Source of the DNA: Hydrolagus colliei
Taxonomy: Eukaryota
Assembly (NCBI GenBank): GCA_035084275.1
Contig: CM068743.1
Span: 50,034,001 to 50,098,000, forward strand
Length of the DNA: 64,000 nucleotides
Reading direction: 5' to 3'
A model generated the notes under the pieces. The model did not search any database and was not told where the DNA came from. It saw only the letters and a list, made by a program, of their open reading frames with translations. This document shows, piece by piece, positions 13,094 to 26,910 of this stretch. Numbering within the stretch: position 1 is the stretch's first letter; each line of letters begins with the position of its first letter. The position numbers and the translations under genes were made by a program.

Positions 13094-13236
13094 CCTCGGT
13101 ATCGTTTTCCACACTCTCCTGTCTTGAAATTACTTGATTTTCGTCATGGTTTTCACTCAGTGTCCGTTTCCACATATTAGCATTGGCTCCTTCTATTGCT
13201 GACCCATTTTGACAATTGTTGTTTAGCTCTTTCCTC
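13094..13236 (-). CDS. PLEKHA8: PLEKHA8 exon 7 (RKELNNNCQNGSAIEGANANMWKRTLSENHDENQVISRQESVENDTE), linker
   Basis: gttttag|...|gtaatt, 143 nt, open and phase-compatible (2 to 1). ELxxxCxNGS resembles the mammalian linker. Confidence 0.82.
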
Positions 13237-13548
13237 CTAAAACAAACAGTAAGATTATGCTTTAAATAAAAGCTGATGTTGATGACGAGGAAAGTGAGAA
13301 AGAAAATAGAGAAAAGGGAGTGATTGAAGTGCAGTATATAGCTCTTCCCTTCATCAAAGTTACATTAATAGAGGATCACTTTTTAATGAAAGTAACTTCT
13401 GACAATCCTTTTGAGATTAGAAAGGAACACACATGTTGAATGATATCACAAGTATTTAGTAGTATTTATTAATCTCTACACAGTCCAGTGGGTTTAGGAA
13501 GCTGCTAACAGGTTTTTCCAATACAAAAATTTTAAATATCTTCTTTCC

Positions 13549-14037
13549 GTGACCACATAACACCCACCCTTGCCTGTCTCCACTGGCTCCCCATCCCCGA
13601 GAGGATCGAGTTCAAGATCCTTGTCCTCGTTTTCAAGGCCTTACACGGCCTTGCCCCGCCCTATCTATCCGATTTACTCTCCCCCTATAAGCCCACCTGG
13701 ACCCTCCATTCAGCAGGACTTGGTTTGCTCCAAGCCCCCGCCCGAACCGCCCCACCATCGGAGGCCGGGCCTTCAGTTTCTCCGCTCCCACCCTATGGAA
13801 TTCCATCCCCCAATCCCTCCGCCTTGTTTCCTCCCTTTCCTCTTTCAAGGCCGGTTTGAAGACTTTCCTTTTCGACTGTGCCTTCTGTTCCCCCCCTAAT
13901 TATTCAACCTCCCCCACATTTTCTACCCCTTTCCGAACACTCCCCTCCCAGCTCGGCTCACACGCCTCCTGTGCAGCGCCTTGGGATGTCCTCCCGACGT
14001 GAAAGGCGCTCTATAAGTCTAATTTGTTGTTGTTGTT
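13549..14037 (+). mobile_element. Young L2 3' end (type A)
   Basis: HWLP-region coding remnant, stem-loop tail and (TTG)n. Confidence 0.9.
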
Positions 14038-14114
14038 TCATTTATGCCCCATCCCTAACACAGATATGCTATTAACCACAACACCCCACACCCAAAAATC
14101 CTGACCACTATTAC

Positions 14115-14155
14115 CTTTCCACAGCACTACGATTAGGCAGAGGAGGATGTTTAAC
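14115..14155 (-). CDS. PLEKHA8: PLEKHA8 exon 6 (VKHPPLPNRSAVER)
   Basis: ttttgtag|...|gtaata, 41 nt; resembles mammalian MKHPIIPIHNSLER and preserves frame. Confidence 0.88.
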
Positions 14156-14869
14156 CTACAAAAATACAAAAGAAAACAGTTGAGAACAAAATACAATTAA
14201 TTTAAAAGTTTGACTAAATTGTCAAACACTAAAAAAGATTTTACACTGTGCTTCTATGTTGGAATAAATGAAGCAGCTTTACAATAATTACTATTAAAGT
14301 AGCCACTGTTTTTCTTGTAAACAAACACAACAGCCATTTTGTGCATAACTAAAGTCCCCCAAACAGGTAGCAGGTGAGTTACCTAGAGGATTGTTAGCCA
14401 CTGCTAATTTATTTACATTTTATTTATTTATGTTGTAATTACCCACTTCCCCCATACAGTTTGCCTCAATGTGGCTTCGCAAGAGCTCCTGAAAGAGTTA
14501 ATACCCAAATGATCCACATCAACCATTGTGATGGTCTCCTGAGTAAGAATGACAATAGTAGCTTCAAACTGTGCCTTGTACTTGTCCCATTACACAAAAT
14601 CCTGACACTAGCACCTGTCCAGTCAGTTTAGATCCAGTGCTAAAGCATTTTTATGTGCAGTTTTAATCAGATAAAACAAAATTTCATTGCAAATTAGCTA
14701 CCCCTTCTTATGCAGTAGTTGATCAATTCGAGATAGATACTGAGATATCAAAATCAAAGATACCAACTTAAGACACCAAATGAACTTCAGCATCTAGCTA
14801 TTTGCCCCACTGATCATTTTAAATAAGCAGGTTAAGAGCAGACACCTACTTGGCAGTAAAATATCATGT

Positions 14870-15095
14870 TTCAATACGCTTCAGCCACTCTGGAATTCCA
14901 TCCCACAGTCCCTACGCCTCGCCCCCTCCCTAGCCTCCTTCAAGTCCCACCTCAAGACCCACCTTTTTGACGATCCCATCGGTCACCCCAAATCCCCTGT
15001 TTTCTCTCAGGTCAGATCCCAGATTAGGTCTGAAACAATGTCCAGCACCTTGGGATGTCCTCCCGATGTGAAAGCTCAATTGTATTGTTCTTGTC
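14870..15095 (+). mobile_element. L2 3' fragment
   Basis: CTCTGGAATTCCATCCC...TTCAAGTCCCACCTCAAGACCC plus tail. Confidence 0.75.
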
Positions 15096-15250
15096 TCAGA
15101 AACATTGATGGGGGAGTCCCCATCAAGTATGATACATTAAGCTGCAACTGCTTTTTTTTTACAAATATGAGATATACTTTAAAAAACACTTGCATTGCCA
15201 CAAATCATTACAGAAGTTACAAATTAACTTAAAAACAGGCAGAAACCTAC

Positions 15251-15406
15251 CCGGTTCGGTTTCATGATAGCCATGTGCAGGGAGTCTAGGTGTGTGGGAT
15301 ACAACAGGTCAGGTCCAAAGGCACTATTTGAAATTTGCATGCACTCTTCCAGTGTCTTCATGAAGGAGTTGCAAGTTGTTCTTAGAAGAGCTCCCATATC
15401 AATCTT
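15251..15406 (-). CDS. PLEKHA8: PLEKHA8 exon 5 (KIDMGALLRTTCNSFMKTLEECMQISNSAFGPDLLYPTHLDSLHMAIMKPNR)
   Basis: TCNxFxKTLEECMQI motif; donor CGG|gtaggt. Acceptor is ambiguous (GAG|AAG|ATT; see findings). Confidence 0.88.
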
Positions 15407-18132
15407 CTCGCAACACATACATTTATTGGGTAGAAGAAAACATGGTCATCAAATTACAATTTTACTATAGTCAAATGTCAATTAGTCATAGGCGAAGAAT
15501 CAACATTGGCTCAGCCTGACAAATTCGTTAACCAAACCCCAAGCATTCAAACCACATACCCAGCCAGGAAAACACCTGTTATGCCATAGAGATAAACCAA
15601 TAAAAGACCAGCTACGATTTGTGCTAATAGCTTTGTGATGGATGAAGGAGAAGGAAGATAAATGTGGTGTGGGCCCAATACTGGCCTCTGTATTCTCAGG
15701 GGATGGGAAGGAAAAGAAAAACTTAAAACTGATTCCGGTCAAACTCCAGCAGTACCCTAACACACACATGGGGGTACAGGAACATTGGTTCTTGCCAATC
15801 TGTGCTTAATGCACTCCAGAATTAGGGAAGCAGGATACATCCCTCTGGGTAGAGAGTGCATATTCCATTCCAGAAATGGGAATTTCTACATGTAGGTGGG
15901 ATGCATGGAACTCTCAATCTGATTGTGATACTCTTAACCATGGTGATAGATATTCCACATGCGTCAGACACACAGTTGATCCCCCCACCAAAAAAATACT
16001 TTCAACATGCTATTAAGCATAAGCACAAATCATCCCTTATGGATCCATATCCCGTAGGCTTCACGGCTTTCAGGAGAGGAGTGACAAAGAGGAAAAAAGA
16101 GGGATCACTCCTGCAGGAAACAGATCATTTTGGATGCAAATGGAGAAGGGAAAGGGGAAAGAGCGGAGGAAGCCAATTTGCAAAGTAATTTGTTTATCAA
16201 TAGTGATTTATACAATGTGTGTGTCAATAGTTTGGCCATATAAAGTTCACTTAGACCCACCCCATAAGGGAATGGAAAATAATTAACTGCAGCCTGGTGG
16301 GGAGGTAAGGTAGAAATATATAGCAATACGCCTTTCCAACCTCATAAAACTCTTTGATTTCTGAAATTAATGAACCGACTCTTTGATTTTTGTTAGAAAA
16401 TAATGAACCAAAAAGCAGGTTCAAAGTCATGTAGATGATACAACCTAGCACATGCTGAGCCCCATTGTTGTACCTAATGTTACTAGCAGATGTTGAGCTC
16501 CAGGAACAAGCCACAGTACAAATACCAGCACTCCTAGCAATTAATAAAAGTAACAATATGTACAAAGCACATGTTGATTCAATTTGATAAAGATGCATGA
16601 TTAAAAAAACATTAAATCAAAAACACCTTTCAACCTTCTCCAAATGCAAGGAGCAGCCTACCTTTAAATCCTGTACTATACACTTCATTCAAATGTTAAA
16701 ATCCGTTTAAGAAAACAACTCTACCAGTGACCCCCAAAAATGCCTGCCATGTAAGAGATGTTTTCTATGTCTGAAAAAAGCATTTTGCAGTTCAATGAGT
16801 AAGGGTGCAAATGGGATTGAATGGTTTTCTCTTTCAAACAGCCAACACAGGCATGATTGGCCAAATGGTCTTCTTCTCTGTGTTGTAAATTGCCTTTGAT
16901 CCCAAGGCTCTATATGGCACACATAGTTGTTAGACTTTGGCAAGGAACTGTGTTCTTAATTGCCTCCTGACAAGTATCCAGGGGTGATACCTCTAGATCC
17001 TTTAGATGGCAATTTCTGGGCATATTTCTAGATTTTCCAAAATTCTTTTGGGAAAAAATGGTTTGGATTCAGGTCGTCAGGAACAATGATTGAGAAAGAA
17101 AACAGTCCCAGCCTCTACAGTCGAATGTTGTAACAAGCAGGGAGATACACGAGTTCTCATACCATACAATGCCTAAAAGGACAATGCACAATGAGACATT
17201 TTGCAAAAGGGAACAGTAAACAAATGCCAATGCTGCCAGTGGATGTTTTCTCTAGGCCGTTTTTAACGACCAATGGGAAAGTCCTCTTCATATTTTAACC
17301 CTTTCCCAGCTCTACACAAAATACCTTTAAATCTAATTTGTTGTGGTCAGAGAGCCATTTTAATTAAACACATGTGTTGATTATGGGGTAATGCTGGTCA
17401 GAGGCCAGGCACTTTGTCCTATGGATCAGAAGGTCAGTCACACTAGCCAGTAAGTTTGAGTGTTGTTGAAGGCTTAGCATGCAGATCACAAGCTTCACTG
17501 GTCAATCACATAGGAGAAAAGAGCTTTAAACAAAATGTGACTTGTGAATTGTAAATGCCTCATTGTAGTATATTAGGCAATATTGAATTACCTGTTGTAT
17601 TATAAAATAAATACTTTCACTGCCAGCCAGAGCTCCACCCAACTGTATTTGATCATTAAGTTCCATTTCAATAATTTGGGATCTATCTTGCAGCATATGT
17701 AAACAATGTGCAAATGGGTCAAAATCAAACAGCCCTAATTGTGGAATCCATCAATAAATGGATTTAATTATAAAGTTAACAAACAATTCTTTGGTTGATA
17801 ATTCCAGTCAATTCTCAATGTACACATATTTCACATGGTTCACACATGGCACATAATAGATCCCATTCTTTATCCAAATCCAATAAATGTTGCATAACAT
17901 GTGCCAGATAAAAGCCAATAATAATAATTCTTGCATTTGATGCATCACCTTATGACATCAAAATATCTCAAAGCATTTTGCAGTAATTACTGTTAAGTGA
18001 CTGTGTACAAATAGGGCAAATAAAGATAAAATGACTGTACTGTCCTTTCTACAGAATTTATATTCTACACATCCGAGAGACGGTATTAGAATATCTGATG
18101 AAGCATCTGCACAATGCAACAGCAATAAACAC

Positions 18133-18269
18133 CTCTGAATTGGTTGTATCTTTAGACGGATCTAGTTGTGTATTCTCTTTTAGGGTGTTCACTTGCTGGA
18201 GGAGAAGATCACAATACAATCTCAGTTCGGATATCTTCTTTCTCAGGCATTCTGTGTTTTCACTTAATT
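18133..18269 (-). CDS. PLEKHA8: PLEKHA8 exon 4 (ELSENTECLRKKISELRLYCDLLLQQVNTLKENTQLDPSKDTTNSE)
   Basis: aag|...|gtgttt, 137 nt, frame-consistent; SELRLYCDLL motif of the FAPP family. Confidence 0.93.
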
Positions 18270-18624
18270 CTTAAAAATAAAGAAAAGCATAGTTGTATTA
18301 AAATCAAAAAGGGAGGATAAAATAACATGTCAAAATGAAATGTTCATACTATGGAACTAGCCAATGTCAATCGCAAGGCAATTCCACTGTGTAGATTACA
18401 GGCTCAAAACTAAATATACCAAGTGCTTCACAGCAAACTCTTCCCATGGCACAAAGAAAGACTCAATTTCTCAAAGGTGATCGGAGGATAACAAGCCACC
18501 AACAATCATGAGGATGGGCAACTCATTCTGACCTCTGTTAATGCCATTCTTGATCTTAAAGTGCACAATGATCTAGCATTTACTTCCACTGCACATGACT
18601 GCTGTGCCCTCTCTCGTGGTGAGG

Positions 18625-19520
18625 ACTCTGTGGGACCTTGTAGCTCAGAGGTTAGAGCACCCACCTTGCAAGTGGGAGGACCCGGTTTGGGGCAGGTGAG
18701 GTAGGGGATGTGAAGCAGGCCAGAGCCCGCTGAGTAGAGCGAGTGGACAGGTTGGTAGATGGTTAGGAGATCACAGAGGTAGGAGGGAGTAAGGCCATGG
18801 AAGGCTTTGAAAGTGAGGACCAGGATCCTGAACTGTGTGATGGGAAGCCAGTGGAGTCTGGCAAGGATGGGTGATAAGGTCACGGAGCCTGGTACGGGAA
18901 AGGACACAAGCTGCAGAGTTCTGGAAGATCTACAGCCAATGGAGGGAGGAATTTTTTAAAAGCTAAAGCGATTAAGGGACAGGGGGATGGGGTTGGTAAA
19001 ATAATAACAATGCTTGCATTTGATATATCGCTTTTCACATCCTCTAGACATCTCAAAGCACTTCACAGAATATACTGTAAAGTGAATTGACCGTATATTT
19101 GTGGGCAAACACAGCAATCAACTGCGCACAGCAGTATCTCACAAACAGTTATGGATTGAAATGACCAATTTATTATTGTTTATTATTTAGGGATATTTAT
19201 TAGGCATGTGGAATAAGGAAACTTGCCCAAGGTTTCCTTATTCCAAGGCGCCAGCTTGAGGGGCCAAATGGCCTACTCCTATTTCTTATGTTTTTATGAG
19301 TTGGGGAGGCTGGCAAGCAGGGAGTTTGCATAGTCAAGCCTGGATGTTATAATGCGTATATGAGAGTCTGGGTGGCCCGCGGTATGAGACAGTGGCAGGG
19401 CCGGACGATGTTTCGGAAGTGGGAGAAGGCAAAGCAGGTCATGGCACGTATGTGGGATAGAAAGAATAATTGAGGGTCAAACAAGATGCCAAGCTTCCAG
19501 ACTGGCTCACAGAGGTGGAG
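18625..19520. mobile_element. Nested cluster: SINE head (+), L2 (-), SINE (-, ~19000-19245), CR1 tail, L2 (-)
   Basis: Each piece matches other copies in the window. Confidence 0.75.
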
Positions 19521-20130
19521 TGTGCCAGAAGTCTCAATGACTTGATAAGGCACTACATCGGACTCAAAGATTATTATTATTCTTTTTCACACACCATCAC
19601 CACAACCTCACAGTCAGTGTTGGGAGAATGAGTTATGACTGAGTAATAATTAGAAAACTGAGCCTGTTTAGTCTTGAAAAGAGATATCTTATAGGAGGTA
19701 TATAAGAGTCTAAATGAGATTGAGAAAGTAAACCCAGAACAATACTTTCACAAACCAAGGCAATACAAGAAGACAGTGGTTTACTTCCGCACAGGGCATT
19801 TTCAAGACAAACCATAGGAAGCTTTTTTTTATATTGGCCGACTTGCAGTTTATTAGGAATGGGGCTTCATAACAGAAGGCTGGACTCTTAAAAAACAGTC
19901 TGATGCTGCAGTAGGGTGGGAATTCTGAAAGGATGAGATAAAAATTTGCTGAAATGCCTTCTTTATCCTACCCTTTCTTGTGATCAAAGCTTCTATTGTA
20001 AAATACCTTATATTGTAATGTGACATGTCAAAAAAAGTAAATGCTACAGCTATTCTGATGATGGGATTAAAAACCAAGATAATATTTATATAGTGCCTAT
20101 CACATCCCAAAGCACTGGACATACAGTTAC

Positions 20131-20286
20131 CTTTCTCTCTCTTTGTCCTGCTATCCATTAGACAAGCTTTGGATGATCCCAAGGCAACAATCCATTTTTG
20201 TCTCTCAGCAGCATTAATTGCCTTCAGGTAGAAGTGTTGCTCTCCTGGGATGATCAGTTCCATTCTTGTGCTGTCACCGGTGTGTA
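20131..20286 (-). CDS. PLEKHA8: PLEKHA8 exon 3 ([52 protein letters not shown])
   Basis: cag|...|gtaact, 156 nt; C-terminal half of the PH domain with the conserved Trp helix. Confidence 0.95.
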
Positions 20287-21971
20287 CTGTAGGGCAAATA
20301 AATCAGTTATATCACAGGAAGAGGATGTGGGGAGGGTGGGTGGATCTCGCAAGGATCTTTTAGCTATATATCTAGAAATTCCAATTGAACAGACCACAAT
20401 AAATTGAACATTGAAAATGGGGTTTGAAGCACTTGTGTCATAAAAAGATCAATTACTCGTGAATCCTGGAAGTCTCGCAGTCAATATTCTGGAATTTCAG
20501 TTTGATGCCAACGGAGATTAGCAATTAAGTGGAGTTCCAAAAAGTTCACCGTGATACATCACTACGTACAAATCCTTTTACAACATTGCAATTTAGTTCT
20601 TACTTTGTGACAGTGACAGATCCAACAGATTCTCAATATCACATGTCACTGTACTACACAACTATTCACAAACATGACACAGATCCAAAGCAAAGTAATT
20701 ATTATAATAATAATCCTTGAATTTGATATAGCGCTTTTCACGTCTTCTAAATGTCTCAAAGCGCTCATAGAATATACTGTAAAGTGAATTGAGTGAATAT
20801 TTGTGGGCGAAATGTGGCAACCAATTGCGCACATGCGAGTAAACTTAAATTTAAACAAAATTGGACGAGCCAAAAACTGAGCAAATCAGTTGAAAAAAAA
20901 ATATGTTCAGGTACATACCTACAAAACAAACTTGCAATTCAATAACACTTTGGAAGTAGGATGAATGTCATAAATCTCTTTACACTTTACAGGTACAATA
21001 AAATACTCAAAGCAGAGAAGAGTGAAATTTAAAGAGGTTGACGAAAAGCGCATTCAAAGATGTTTGTTTTTAAGAGTTTCAAAGGTAGGCAAAGAGATTT
21101 GGGAAGAGAATTCTAAAGGGCAGGGTATATTGGTTACAAGCTACATAGTTATATAGCTTTACCAGAGCTACATAATATATAGGATCAAGCTCAAAATCTA
21201 CATGATTAAATCTGCCAAATACAATGTTGAAGCACAAATTTTTAATGCAGTCATTTGAGAGAATATTTTCAGCCTTCTCATCTGATCACATCTGATCAAA
21301 CCGCAAGAAATATTTGTTGTGAAGCAAATCTTTCAATTTGATTATTTTTAATATTGTCAAAACAACAAGTGCTGGGAGTGCTGGGCAAGGTAAGTGAGGG
21401 CTTCCTGGGGGATTAACAAACTTCAAAGAAACACTCTTGGTAACGTTGAGCTGCTATGTTCCAAGGCAGACTGGAAGATGCATAAATACTACAACTATTA
21501 GTGCAACAAATAATAAAATAACTAAATACCCTCAATGCCCTAGAGTGATTTGAGGTGGACAAGTGCTGGGCAGTTACTATCCCAGTGCCTTGGGACGCCC
21601 TCCCGACTGAAAGGTGCTCTTTAAATGTAATTTTGTTATTGTTGTATATATTTTAATTGAGTGCTGACATTACTGGGAGTGCGATTTAAAAAATTCAATC
21701 ATCCATATCATATCAGCACCCCATGGATTTACATTCAGGTCTCCATTGTTTACAACTCCTCTCTTTTTCCATTCCATATCCCTGATAGGAATCATCTTGG
21801 TAGTGCAAACCTTCTCACAGCCCAAACCAAAACACTACAGAGGTCACTGCAGTAAAACTATTCTAATTCAGTTTAACTCCTTAGATGAGTTGGTAGCCAA
21901 GTAGCCAAGCTGATAACAAGATATTAGATTCCAACGCAAAAGTGGGACAGACTTTCTAGTTTCATCAAAAG

Positions 21972-22370
21972 CCAGTGGCTCAGTTGGTAGCACTATTATA
22001 TTAGAGTTAAACGTTTGTGAGTTCAAGCCGAATATCAGATCGTGGAACTCATATCTACACTGACACTCCAACGCAGTGCTGGGACTTTGAGATAAAGGTA
22101 GTGGTGCCTTCTGTTCTTCAGATGAGACATTAAACCAAGGTTCTATCTTTAATGTCCAGGTGGATGTTAAAATTCTCTCAATATCCAGGCCAACAACCAT
22201 CTAAATAAAATTGGTCATTTATTCCATGGCTCTTTGTGGGACATTACTATACAAAATTGTCTGTCAGGTTTTGTCAACAAAATAGTCACCCACTTAATAT
22301 ATCCTGCAAAATCCTTTGAGACAAATCGATGACGTGATAACGCGCTATATCAAATATAAGGCCTATTATC
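21972..22370 (+). mobile_element. Older DeuSINE (SacSINE1-like)
   Basis: GTGGCTCAGTTGGTAGCAC head; CTGACACTCCA..GCAGT and GATGAGACATTAAACC blocks. Relatives at ~23760-24030(-), 26918-27303(-), 43630-43960(+) and 57870-58140(+). Confidence 0.7.
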
Positions 22371-23009
22371 AAAAAACTATTTCCGAAGACCAGAGTACAG
22401 TATTAACTTTCTTAGACTCCAATACAAGTTGACTGACCCTAAATATAGAGAATGACTGACTCAAACATCATAGGTTTTATGACTGCATCCTCTGTCATTT
22501 TCCGGGCTATCAAAGTTGGTTGGAGTTATCAATTTGTGAAGCTACTCAAATTTGCTGAAAGTTTTGAAGGAACATGAAGCTTTCTAAACATGGGTTCTGA
22601 GGGCTATTTACAGACTGACTGCATAAAGCACCAAGAAATCTGATGCTTATAACTGATGATGGAAAGTTCTAATAAAAAATGCCAACTATTTTAGCAGGGA
22701 ACCCGTTCCCTTTACACAATTCATTTAAAAAAGGAAACGTCTTTACCACAGCATACAAAAAAATGCTAAAACAATGGAACATAACAACACAATTGTGTCA
22801 GAAGCGAACTTGTCAAAAAACAAAAGCTTTGATGCGTTGTTTGCTCTGGACATTGCTTCTATTAATAGGACAGTTCGCCATCTGTTTTTCCTCTCTAACA
22901 CATCATACAAAACAACAGTGGCGAGGCTCGTACAAAAAGGCTACTGACACTGGATGGGGTAGGGAAGTGGAATGACATAATTAGTTTGGCTACCATAAAA
23001 ACGACAGGT

Positions 23010-23200
23010 TCTACTGATGTAAGTTACTATATTGAGCTGCATGCTCCAATCCCAATTCCCTGCTCTTTTGCAATAACCTTCTTTATGCTTATTCAAACGC
23101 TTATTCAATTGTCTTTGAAATGTCGTGACAGTCTTAGATTCAATATCCACTTTTGGCAACGCATTCACTATCCTAATATCTCTTGTATGAAAGATATTCT
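23010..23200 (-). mobile_element. Old CR1 3' fragment
   Basis: NALP..VTTFQRQL remnant. Confidence 0.55.
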
Positions 23201-25542
23201 TTCAACCTCATTCGATGATAAAGCTCTCAAAGCCACTGCATTAATGTTATATTTACGACAGAGAAAGACGAAATGAACGCAATGCAATTCCTAATGCAAC
23301 CTTCCAAGAAACATTAATCAAAAAAGATAACTTAAATAAACTCTAGATTTCTGAAGGTTTCCAACAGTGGGAGGTGCAGTCCAGTGGTGAAGACATTGCT
23401 TTATGCTATGGAAGAAATTAGGAAAGATAGGACAATTGGGCTGACTTCAGCAGAAATTGGTTGCATTTGTATTTTCCACATGCTGGAAAATACAAATGTG
23501 CCCTGAAATAACAGAGTGCCTTTGCCATCAGGATATCAGAAAACTGAATGGACAGAGCTGCTTTTGAACGCTTTCTATATTATACAGTATAGAAGATAGA
23601 CAATAACTTATTTCATAAATCACACAAGTCATGATCAGGAGCCTGAAATTCTTCAAGACCATTGTCGTAAAATATAATATTTGTAAAGAATTTTAGAAAA
23701 TACCTAAGAAATAAATAAGAAATCTCTATTTTGTGTGTGTGCAATTGCCTCTAAAAGAACTTCACAGGCAAATGTTATCGAGCACAATGATTGTACATTT
23801 GTAAGCACACAGAGCAACCAACCAATTTTCACACAAGATCCCACAAACAGCCATGAAGCAAATAACCAATGCACCTCAAGTAAGACCTTTCTCTCTCTTC
23901 GAATAGTGCCATGGGATCTCTACCATTTGCTTGAATAGACAACGGGGCCTTGAACAACTCATCTGGATGATGGCATCTCTAACAAATAATACTGCATTCA
24001 AGCGTCAGCTAGACTGTGTGCTCCAAGTCCTGATGCAGAATGAAATTACTAAATGTGAACATTTATAGATTGAAATCCATCCTAAGATATTGAATACTTG
24101 TATTAACATTTTCTGTTGAGTAGTTACTTCCTAATAAATTAACTCATAAAGTCCCTGTACTGCACAAAACAACTCCATGTTTCAATACCGGTTGAGTTTC
24201 AACAGATATGGGTCATTGTCAAGGAAAACAAATCGTGTTAAGCTTATCCAATTCTTAGATGGCAGATTCAATTAACTTAATCTTGCACTTGTTTTAATTT
24301 CTGGATGCAATGACTCACTACCAAGCAACATTCACTATACATTTTGTACATTTCCAACAGCAAGCAAACCTTTTCTTTACGTGGACAAGATAACTCCCCC
24401 AAATTCTGGTAGTGTTTTGCAGGGTGTTTTGTAAGTACCTATTTCAAGACAATATTTTTATAATACTCAGCTACTTTAATTGTGTCATGTAGTTCGTAAT
24501 GATGAGCTTTTCCTTCCGTTAAAGAAATGGCCATTTTAATTTTCATCTTTTTCTCCAACTCAAATTCCTCTCTGGAAAGTTTCACACAGACCTGTCATTT
24601 AGAAGACCTGACTCTTTACATCTTATTTTTGGTATTACTTTATTTTAATACGTTTTTTAAGCTACTAAAAAAATCTGGTGAACTACAACATAAAGTATTA
24701 ATGAGCATAGCATCAGCCCACTTAAAATCTATTCACATGCAATCGTTTATTTACCAGTGCCTTGGGACTTCCACCCGATGTTAAAGATGCTCTACATATG
24801 TAATTTTGCTGTTGATTTTGTTGTTGTTGTACTTGGAAAATGTTCCATATCTCACTTTCTCTATGTTTTCATTTCCTGGATTACTACTATGCTATACTTT
24901 GAAAAATTGTGGTTATCGACAGGATATTATCATAATAGGAAGCTTCTTAATTAGGCCTTTATTTAGGGAAACAAAGTTACACTCTCATAAATTTCTAAAC
25001 AGCTGCCGGATTTCACATCAACAGAAACATTATATAAATCGTTATCTAAAATACACAATAGCAACGAAACCTAAATCTATGTTTATTTGATCAATTATGT
25101 GATCAAACTAAGGTCCTGTCTACCTGTTCAGGTGAATATTCAAGATCCCAATTCACTAGTCAAAAAGAGAAAGGAGTACCTCCCGGTGTCCTGGCCAATA
25201 ATCCCCAATAAAACTAAATTTATACACAGCTGTTGTTGTGTACAAATTGGCTGCCGTGTTCAACCACAAAAAAGTCACTGTACTTTACAATATATCCTAT
25301 GAAATCCTTAGAACTGCTCTTATGTGAATAGTTCTATTTCAAATATTAATATAATATTCTCTCAAATGATAGGTATATTGCATTCAGCTCTTAATTGTGA
25401 CAAATATTGGCTCAGTTCATCCATAAAATAAACTGACATAAAACTTTAATTTTGAGATATGGAATCCTGGGTTTGATTGCCAGCAGGGTGAGACGTTGGG
25501 TAAGTTTCCTTATTCCACATGCCTCATTTTATTTTAAAGCAA

Positions 25543-25828
25543 AATAATAATAATATTCCTTGCATTTGATATAGTGCTTATCAGGTCTTCTAGACGTCTC
25601 AAAATGTTTCATAGAATTGACTGTATGCAAAATAGAGCAAACAATTGCACACAGCAGTGGGCCACAAACAGTCATGAATTGAAATGATCAACTTTATTAA
25701 CTTTTTTTCCGAGGATTATTAGGCGTGAGGAGTAAGGAAACTTGCCCAAGGTTTTGCCCTGCCTGGAATTGAACCCAGGTTTCTCGCTTGCAAGGCAAGT
25801 GCTCTAACCACTGAGCTACAGGACTCCA
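25543..25828 (-). mobile_element. tRNA-derived SINE (short variant)
   Basis: Intact A box TAGCTCAGTGG, B box GGTTCAATTCC, TGC anticodon-like loop. Confidence 0.88.
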
Positions 25829-26102
25829 AGCCAAAGTGTGAAAGACACATCAACTTTTCTAAGCCTGCAAATTTTATAACTAAAAAACTAAAAAATTGAA
25901 ACAACTTCACAATTTCTTCATTTGTTTAAAAGTGTATTCAAAGCTCATTCAAAGAAAAACCTTTTCCTCACCAAACTATTGTTTTTCTTTTCTGTTACAA
26001 ATTATTTACCCCTTTGTTTGTTCAATAGTATCCAGAATTAATAAAGGTGGAAAGCATTTTTCACAATAATTACAATATTCTGTAAAAAAAATATTCTACT
26101 AT

Positions 26103-26910
26103 GACAACAAAATTACACTTGTATAGCGCCTTTCATGTTAGGTGACGTCCCCAGGTTCTTGACAGGTATTGCTTCAGACCCGAGCTGAGGTCAGGCGGGC
26201 GGGAGGGAAGTGGGGGGATTAAGAGTTGCTGATGGGGCCATCAAAGAAGAGTCTTGAGGCGAGACTTGAAGGGGGTCAGGTAGGGGGCGAGGCGGAGGGA
26301 CGGCGGGATGGAGTTCCAGATGTTGGGATCAGAGTGGCTGAAGGCTCGCCCGCCAATGGTGGGGCGGGGATGTGGAGCAGGCCAGAGCCTGCTGGGCAGA
26401 GAGGGCGGGCAGGTTGGTAAGGGGATAGGAGGTCATGGATATAGGGTGGGGCAAGGTTGTGGAGTGCTTTAAATGTGAGGACCAGGATCTTGAATTGGAT
26501 CCCTGGATGATGGGGAGCCCATGGAGTCAGGTGAGGATGGAGGAGATGGGTTTGGAACGGTAAAGGACATGGGCCAGAGTTTTGGATTATCTGCAGCCTG
26601 TGGAGGGAGGAATAGGGAAAGCTGACACCAGCAGGGCGTTTGCAAAATCCAGCCGGGATGTAATGAATGCAAGGAAGAGGGTTTTAGTGGCTTTGGGGGT
26701 GAGGTAGTGGCGGAGTCGGGCAATGTTGCGGAGGTGGGGAAAGACAGAGTGAATCATTGCTTGGGGGAGGAAAGACAGTTCAGGGTCTAACAAGACACTT
26801 AGGTTCCTGACTGGCTTGATGAGATTGAGTGTGCAACCATGGAGGTTGATGCTGCCAGCGCCTGATGCAAGAAGGGCAATCAGTAGGGCCTCAGTCTTGT
26901 TGACATTCAA
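26103..26910 (-). mobile_element. L2 fragment
   Basis: NVNKTEALLI...[11 protein letters not shown]...TSRLDF remnant with tail at ~26103. Confidence 0.85.
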
